Sequence record: DRR723986_840
Strand: one strand, 5' to 3'
DNA length: 32,850 bases
Of the stretch, positions 26,881 through 32,850 are shown one piece after another. A program made the translations under genes and the position numbers. Each line of letters begins with the position of its first letter. The stretch's first letter is position 1. The notes beneath the pieces were generated by a model. That model was not told the DNA's origin, did not search any database, and saw only the letters and a program-made list of their open reading frames with translations.

Positions 26881-27450
26881 TTGAGACAAATCGACGCTGA
26901 TACGACGCCGAGCCTTTTGCTGCGACTGAGGGACTCAGACGATGATGCCGCCTGGCGGGAATTCATGAAGGTCTACAGCCCTTTGATCTATGGGTATTGC
27001 CGCAAGCGAAACGTGCAATCCCAAGATGCCGCCGATGTGACTCAAGAAGTTTTAATCCGGGTGAATCGTGCGATTGCAACTTTCGAATACTCGCGTGAGC
27101 AAGGAATGTTTCGCGACTGGTTGGCCAGAATTGTCGGCAACGAACTATCCCGATTTTGGTCAAAGCAAGGTAACGCGAAATCGCTTGAACATGCAGCCGA
27201 TGCGGTCGACAATCAACTTTGGCAAGAGAATTTCCACGAGCACATACTTGCTGCTGCGTTGCTGCGAACCGAGCCTCATTTTGAACCGCAGACTTGGAAA
27301 CTGTTCACGGAATCTTGGATAGAGAAGAAGTCCGCCGCCACTGTAGCCAAAGAGCACCAGACGGAAGTTGATCAGGTTTATGTTGCCAAGAGCCGTGTGC
27401 TTAAGCGACTCAAACATGAAGTAAGTTTGCTCGCCGAGGACAGTCCTTAG
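26881..27450 (+). CDS. ECF-type RNA polymerase sigma factor (kinase-associated planctomycete type)
   Basis: TTPSLLLRLRD...AAWREF...YSPLI, region 2 DAADVTQEVL and FRDWLARI, region 4 VAKEHQTEVDQVYVAKSRVLKRLK. It lies directly upstream of a Ser/Thr kinase. Confidence 0.92.
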   Translation: MRQIDADTTPSLLLRLRDSDDDAAWREFMKVYSPLIYGYCRKRNVQSQDAADVTQEVLIRVNRAIATFEYSREQGMFRDWLARIVGNELSRFWSKQGNAKSLEHAADAVDNQLWQENFHEHILAAALLRTEPHFEPQTWKLFTESWIEKKSAATVAKEHQTEVDQVYVAKSRVLKRLKHEVSLLAEDSP

Positions 27451-27491
27451 CGTCCTGGACCCCGTGCAGTACTGCAAGAGTAAGTAACCAC

Positions 27492-30400
27492 ATGCACAAA
27501 GATACACCGGATGCAACCTCGCAGCATCCGACCGCTTCATGCCCGCCGACGCAGATGCTTCGACACTGGTTGGATGGAAAGAGTGAACTAAGCACGGAGC
27601 AAACACGGCATGTCCGGCAGTGTGAATCATGCGTGCAGAGCCTGGAACGGCTGACCGATGCAGACGAACTTCGGCCGCCAGGGGGCACGTCCAGTGTGTC
27701 GCCTGCTGCGATTGAGTTCGCTACTGAGGATGCTTTGGTCGTCTTGCAGCGTGAGTTGGCGACTCCACCGAACACGCCCCCCACCAATCTTGAGACGCTC
27801 GACGAAACACCCTCTCAGGCAGAAAGCCCGAGCGAATCCCCGCACCGACACCAGCGGATTGACGCAGCCTGGTTGGCGATTCACTTCGACCCGAATCGCT
27901 ACACCATTGAGGGTTTGATTGGCCGTGGTGGAAACGCGGACGTCTACAAACTCTACGACAACCTGCTGGATCGAAACTTCGCGGCTAAAGTCATCTCTGT
28001 CGATTCGGAGCGAGGCCGGCAGCGGATGTTACGCGAGGCCAAATTGCTGGCCGATATCGATCATGCAAATATCGTTCGGGTTCTCGACGCACGTCAGGTT
28101 GGAAACGAGCATCAACACCAGGCGATCTTCATTGTTATGGAGTTCATGGCCGGCGGAACGCTCGCAGAACTCGGCGGCGGGCAACTTCCATCGGCAGAAG
28201 GCGACTTTCGTACCATCGCACAGCTACTTGCCGGAGTGTGTGACGGCCTCAGTTTTGCCCACGAGAAAGGGATCGTACACCGGGATATCAAACCAGCCAA
28301 CATCTTGCTGGGAGGTGGAAGCACAACTGCAAAGATCGCGGACTTTGGATTGGCCTACCAGGACAGTGAAGCGGCAACACTGATTACACGCACCGGTGCA
28401 ATCCTTGGAACGCCAGCGTTTATGAGCCCGGAACAAGCGACTGGAGATGGTAACCTGTCACCGGCCAGTGATATCTATTCGCTCGGTGCAACTCTGTATT
28501 TCATGCTGACTCGCCAGACGCCGTTTACCGGCAATCCCGCGGCGGTAACGCGACAAATCGTTGACCTGGATCCAGCAGATATATCTGTACTGAACGAGAC
28601 TTGCCCACGCGAGCTGATTGGTATCTGCGAACGTGCAATGGAAAAGGATGCTGGCCAACGTTATCAGAGTGCTGAAGAATTTGCTCAAGACCTGAGGGCG
28701 TTTGCTTCTGGTGAGCAGGTGAGCGCTCGACCTATTTCGGCGCTTGGACGTGCAAACCGCCAGTTAAGGCGCAATCGCAAGCTCTACTTGGCGGTGCGAA
28801 CCGTTGTTGGATTGGCAACGATGCTCTTGGTGCTCGCGGTAGCTTCTGCAATTGTATTTCGAAACCAAAGCCGCCAACTTTCCGAAGCGGCGGATCGCGA
28901 ACGAGAGAGTAAAAACCAACTTAAGACAACTCTGAAACGCTCAATCGAAGCCGCAGATCAATTGCTTGTGTCGGTGACAGAGGACTTGTCGCTGCTACCT
29001 AGCTCCCCAGGCACCGACCGAATCTCCCAGGCCCTGCTCAGCAGAGCAAAACAGTACTATCAACAGTTCTTGGATGAGAACGCCGACAACGATGAGCTGA
29101 AATTTCAACTCGCCCGGGCCCATGCTGGACTTGCGCGGATTGCGTTTCGATCAGACCAGTTGGAGCAGGGGATCGCCGAAACAGAGCGAGCCCTCGAAAT
29201 GCTGGCCGCATTTCAGGCCGGGCAAGCGAATGAGGCTGAGGCAGCGCAGGGGCCTGGCGATGATGCCACCGCTGAACTACTACGGGCAACTCTTCAGCTA
29301 GTGTACGGGAGCAGCGTTGGGCGATCGGACCCGTCGGATCCCAGGGCGGATGAAGCTCTACTTGACTGCATCGAGATCTGTTCGGAACTGGAGGAAGGTG
29401 AAGGCGGCGACGATTTTGCAAACGAAGTCGCCAGCACGCACATATCGGCGCTCCGCAATCGGGCTGTCTTACTCGGTCGCATCGGACGCGACGATGAATC
29501 TGGAGACCTAGCACAGAAAGCCGCCGATCGAGGTGAACGACTGATCTCACAAGATAACGTGTCGGGCAAATCGCTCAAGGCCGCAGCCGAAGCGCATCAA
29601 ACGCTGGGGATCTACATGCTTCGGCACCAGCAGTTCGCCACTGGTGCGGAAACGATTCAAAGAGCCATGGAGATCTTGGACCTGGTTCCAGATGAGGAGG
29701 CGACGGCGCTACGAGTTGACAGTATTCGTGCAAACCTTCACACCAGTCTTGCACGCACGGCAATGATGCGTGGTGAACTGGAGGAAGCGACGAATCAACA
29801 AGAGATTTCGATCTCGATTCATCAGCGACTAAGTTCGCTTGAGCCCGATGTACCGTCGCACAAATCGCACCTGGTTGATGCAATTTTGAATTTCACCAAC
29901 ATCCTATATGCGCAAGAGGAATATGAACGTTTGATCGCGGAGTCGAAGATCGCGGTCGCGGTCCTCGACGAGCTCATTCGTATCGATGATGAGAACCCAG
30001 ACTATCGCCAAACGAAGGCAATGTTCCAGGGAAACATGGCGATCGTTCTCTTGCACCAGGGGGAGGCTCTGCTGTCGATTCAGCCGTTGACCGAATCAAC
30101 CGCAGAACTGGAGCGAGTGGCCGAGCAGCTTCAGCATGCGCCCGCGGCAGATACGGCGGTGGCACTCAATCACTATTCACTTGCGGGAGCGTATCTCGAG
30201 CTTGAACAATTCGATCAGGCGCTAAAATCGCTGGATGAGAGCGACCACATAGCAGCGCGAGTACTTGAGGCAACTCCGGATTTCTCGGAGGCCATTAGTC
30301 ATCAAATCGACTCGCTTTTTCGGCGAACGGATATCCTGCTTGCAATGCCAACGGTGAATCATGATGAGATTCTCCGGATCACGGATGCTGCACTGGAGCT

Positions 30401-30782
30401 ATCGTCGGATCTGCTCGAATGTGAGCCCGATGTCGTCGATCATCGTGTCCGTGACCTTTTGCTGGTCACCACGCGCGGCGATGCAAAACTTGGTCTTGGC
30501 GACATTGATGGTGCACTTGCCGACGCGAGCCTAGTATTGAATCAATCGGTCCCCAACGACGACACAGAAGATGCGGCTAATTTTGCATCAGGGGCATACG
30601 CACTGCCCGCGATGTACGCCTACATTCTGCAGTACCGTTGCTACCAAGCCCAGCTCTCCGGCGCGGACGAAGAAAGGCGGCAGAACCTCGGTGAGCAGCT
30701 CGCCGAGGTTCGTGCAAAGGCCGAGCAACTGGGTGCAGTGCCTGAAGATTTTGCACCGTTGCAAGACGACGAATCGAAATAG
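27492..30782 (+). CDS. Hanks-type Ser/Thr protein kinase with an N-terminal ZAS-like zinc motif, one TM helix and C-terminal TPR-like repeats
   Basis: Motifs IGRGGNADVY, AAK, HRDIKPANIL, KIADFGLA, GTPAFMSPEQ and SDIYSLG. N-terminal C...LDG...HVRQCESC. TM helix VVGLATMLLVLAVASAIVF. Long helical-repeat C-terminus. Confidence 0.93.
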   Translation: MHKDTPDATSQHPTASCPPTQMLRHWLDGKSELSTEQTRHVRQCESCVQSLERLTDADELRPPGGTSSVSPAAIEFATEDALVVLQRELATPPNTPPTNLETLDETPSQAESPSESPHRHQRIDAAWLAIHFDPNRYTIEGLIGRGGNADVYKLYDNLLDRNFAAKVISVDSERGRQRMLREAKLLADIDHANIVRVLDARQVGNEHQHQAIFIVMEFMAGGTLAELGGGQLPSAEGDFRTIAQLLAGVCDGLSFAHEKGIVHRDIKPANILLGGGSTTAKIADFGLAYQDSEAATLITRTGAILGTPAFMSPEQATGDGNLSPASDIYSLGATLYFMLTRQTPFTGNPAAVTRQIVDLDPADISVLNETCPRELIGICERAMEKDAGQRYQSAEEFAQDLRAFASGEQVSARPISALGRANRQLRRNRKLYLAVRTVVGLATMLLVLAVASAIVFRNQSRQLSEAADRERESKNQLKTTLKRSIEAADQLLVSVTEDLSLLPSSPGTDRISQALLSRAKQYYQQFLDENADNDELKFQLARAHAGLARIAFRSDQLEQGIAETERALEMLAAFQAGQANEAEAAQGPGDDATAELLRATLQLVYGSSVGRSDPSDPRADEALLDCIEICSELEEGEGGDDFANEVASTHISALRNRAVLLGRIGRDDESGDLAQKAADRGERLISQDNVSGKSLKAAAEAHQTLGIYMLRHQQFATGAETIQRAMEILDLVPDEEATALRVDSIRANLHTSLARTAMMRGELEEATNQQEISISIHQRLSSLEPDVPSHKSHLVDAILNFTNILYAQEEYERLIAESKIAVAVLDELIRIDDENPDYRQTKAMFQGNMAIVLLHQGEALLSIQPLTESTAELERVAEQLQHAPAADTAVALNHYSLAGAYLELEQFDQALKSLDESDHIAARVLEATPDFSEAISHQIDSLFRRTDILLAMPTVNHDEILRITDAALELSSDLLECEPDVVDHRVRDLLLVTTRGDAKLGLGDIDGALADASLVLNQSVPNDDTEDAANFASGAYALPAMYAYILQYRCYQAQLSGADEERRQNLGEQLAEVRAKAEQLGAVPEDFAPLQDDESK

Positions 30783-30819
30783 CCCTTCGTGCACCTAACA
30801 ACCGTCTGGCTCTTTTCGG

Positions 30820-32850
30820 CTAGGCAGGATCTGACGAGTCGTTGGACGAGGATTGATTTCGATCCTTAATGATGTCGGCGACCGATGTATCATCTTCGTC
30901 CTTATTCGCGGCTTGCTGGACGACAAAAATGGGGTCGATCCGCATCCAAGCAGGTGCCGCGGAAAATGCCATTGATGCCAGGTACGTGCCGCTAATGCTC
31001 CAGGCTGCGACGCCGGCTGTTGCCCCTGCCACGATGCTTGCAGCGGTACCGACTTGAATCCTAGTCACCATGTGCGTTTCTTCTTGTTGCTTCTGGAACT
31101 CCTGCAAAGCCTGCTGTTGTTCTCTCAATTGCAGCTCAAACTGTTGCTCTCGCAACTCTTCTGCATAGAACTGCTGCTCAGAGTATGAGCGTTGGCTCGA
31201 GCCGTCTAAAGCAAACTCGCTGCTAGTTAAATTCAATCCCAAGTTCAAACTGTTGCCTACAAAACCACGAACGGACACAGCGGACGAAACCAGATTCACG
31301 GATACGTCAGCATGTTCTGCGTCCTGCCTCTCCACGGCTCCCCGACCGGCTCTCGTTGAATCACGCGGCGACCCTGAATCAGCCTCAGCTTGTTCCGGTG
31401 CGCGTTGTTCGGCCGCGGCCTTGGAAGATTCTTCATTGGCGTCAAGCGAACCATTGTCTTCCTGCAACTCCGTGCCGAGGTCCGATTCAGAAGTTAACTC
31501 AGTATCAACGTTGTCTGAGTTTGTCGTCGACAAGGAGCTTGAGTTGCCGGAAGTACTACTGCTGGCTGTCGGTGCAGCGATTGGCGCAATATCGATGGTC
31601 ACCGTTTGTACAGCCGAGCTGTCGTTGCCGTCAGTGACAATGAATTCAAAGATCACTTGGCTGACAAATTGTGGCGCTGGAGTGTATGCCCAGCTCCCGT
31701 CAGCCTGGATAGCTAGACTGCCCGCCGCAGGACCGGAGACGAGGATTGCAGATAGCGAATCGCCGTCAGTGTCAGCAGCTCCGGCAAGTAGCCCTTCATC
31801 GGCGGTGATGATCGCGTTTTGCCCCTGCTGAACCTCAACGGTCATCGAAGTCGCCGTCGGTGCATCGTTGACTGCCAGGATGTCGACAGCGACCGAGCCT
31901 AGGCTAACATCGCCGCTTCCTTCGTTGTCGTTGGCAGTGACCGCTATACTGTCTGCTCCCGCACCCTGCCTGTTTTCAGTCGAGTGTAGGTAGCGTAGAT
32001 TCGCCGGGTCATTCAAGTAGTTGTTAATGTCGTTGGCCGTGCCCGTAAGCGAAACTTCGCTCGATCCCGTGCCTGCGACAGTAATGCCCGCCGCATTCGA
32101 CGCATCGATCTGGCCGCCCGTTGACGTAGCCAGCTTGACAGTCAAGATGCCGGTTCCAGTTGGGTGGTCATCATCGGTGATGTCAACGGCCAGTAGATCT
32201 AGGTCGCTCAGGACGTCCTCCACCACTGTAGCGGTAGCTCGCAAACCAGCAGTAGGCAGATCGTTGGTGTTCGCAATTGGCCCAACTCCAGAAGAACTAA
32301 CCATTTCACTGGTGCCGTTTGCATCGCTATACGACACCTGAACGCTAATCACCGAACCGACATCCGAATCGGTAAGCGTGTAGGTCCCACCGGTTGCACC
32401 GCTGACATTCACTCCGTCACGCAACCACTGATAGCTGAACGTCCCGAGGCCATCGTTGTCGCTGATACCAGACGTGTCGGCAGTCAAGGTTTGGTCTTCA
32501 CTTGCGAACCCATTAATGACCGGAGTACCCGATGGTGCGTCGTTAACGTTGACTATATTGACGGTTTGCGAAGATGTCAGAGGCCCTTCACTCGTTCCAT
32601 TGCCGTCAACGTAACTAACATGCACACTAATCCGAGCGCCAACGTCCGCGTCGCCAAGTGTGTAACTACTGGTGGTTGCTCCTGAGATGGCTGAGCCGTC
32701 GCGGAGCCATTGATAGCTGAATGTTCCCAGTCCATCATCGTCGCTGATACCGCTGATGTCGGCTGTGAGGGTTTGATTTTCGGTTGCCGTGCCAGAAATT
32801 GTAGGAACACCGCTTGGAGTGTCGTTCACGTTTGTGATCGCGGACGTTGC
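30820..32850 (-). CDS. Large Ig/cadherin-like repeat surface protein, 3' part only (5' end outside the window)
   Basis: The frame stays open to the window edge (ATSAITNVND...), so GTG 32829 is probably not the true start. NDxP-delimited Ig-like repeats, a Big_9/cadherin-like unit (DTDGDSLSAILVSGP...GSLAIQADGSWAYTP), Ser-rich linker, Q/E-rich helix and hydrophobic C-terminal segment. Confidence 0.88.
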   Translation of the reverse strand, partial: ATSAITNVNDTPSGVPTISGTATENQTLTADISGISDDDGLGTFSYQWLRDGSAISGATTSSYTLGDADVGARISVHVSYVDGNGTSEGPLTSSQTVNIVNVNDAPSGTPVINGFASEDQTLTADTSGISDNDGLGTFSYQWLRDGVNVSGATGGTYTLTDSDVGSVISVQVSYSDANGTSEMVSSSGVGPIANTNDLPTAGLRATATVVEDVLSDLDLLAVDITDDDHPTGTGILTVKLATSTGGQIDASNAAGITVAGTGSSEVSLTGTANDINNYLNDPANLRYLHSTENRQGAGADSIAVTANDNEGSGDVSLGSVAVDILAVNDAPTATSMTVEVQQGQNAIITADEGLLAGAADTDGDSLSAILVSGPAAGSLAIQADGSWAYTPAPQFVSQVIFEFIVTDGNDSSAVQTVTIDIAPIAAPTASSSTSGNSSSLSTTNSDNVDTELTSESDLGTELQEDNGSLDANEESSKAAAEQRAPEQAEADSGSPRDSTRAGRGAVERQDAEHADVSVNLVSSAVSVRGFVGNSLNLGLNLTSSEFALDGSSQRSYSEQQFYAEELREQQFELQLREQQQALQEFQKQQEETHMVTRIQVGTAASIVAGATAGVAAWSISGTYLASMAFSAAPAWMRIDPIFVVQQAANKDEDDTSVADIIKDRNQSSSNDSSDPA
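32266..32826 (-). repeat. Two tandem 94/93-aa Ig-like repeats
   Basis: NDTPSGVPTISG..ENQTLTADISGISDDDGLGTFSYQWLRDG versus NDAPSGTPVING..EDQTLTADTSGISDNDGLGTFSYQWLRDG. Confidence 0.9.

Noticed and set aside
1-32850. CRISPR arrays, tRNA/rRNA genes, transposases or integrases
   Set aside because: None recognised by eye. Intergenic gaps are short and all repeats seen are protein-coding. Covariance-model searches were not run.

Overview
This looks like ordinary chromosomal DNA from a planctomycete, probably Pirellulaceae. The evidence is the RxxxFEQLExRxxL N-terminal motif, dockerin-like repeats, a sulfatase, and an ECF sigma factor paired with a Ser/Thr kinase. The left third (1-12.9 kb) holds a TPR/FMN-binding gene followed by a NapH-NapG-like polyferredoxin fusion, hisI coupled to a non-canonical DapA-family aldolase, a sulfatase, a GH13 enzyme, an inositol-monophosphatase-family gene and several small membrane proteins. 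The centre is one 13.6-kb gene (4524 aa) for a giant secreted adhesin-Rhs protein. Its domain order is planctomycete signal, dockerin-like pair, Ig/cadherin-like repeats with FG-GAP and LamG modules inserted inside them, SdrD-B-like domains, YD shell, intact DPSG autoprotease, and a 169-aa hydrophobic glycine-zipper tip. It has no intact immunity gene, only a 10-codon ORF behind the stop. Codon usage switches abruptly at about 16770, which suggests the whole YD shell plus tip is an exchanged cassette. Divergent from it lie an ECF sigma factor and a Ser/Thr kinase with an N-terminal zinc-binding anti-sigma (HxxxCxxC) motif, a TM helix and TPRs. A second large Ig/cadherin-repeat gene converges on the kinase and runs off the right edge. 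I recognised no rRNA, tRNA, CRISPR array or mobile element. All family assignments come from reading motifs by eye; no searches were run.
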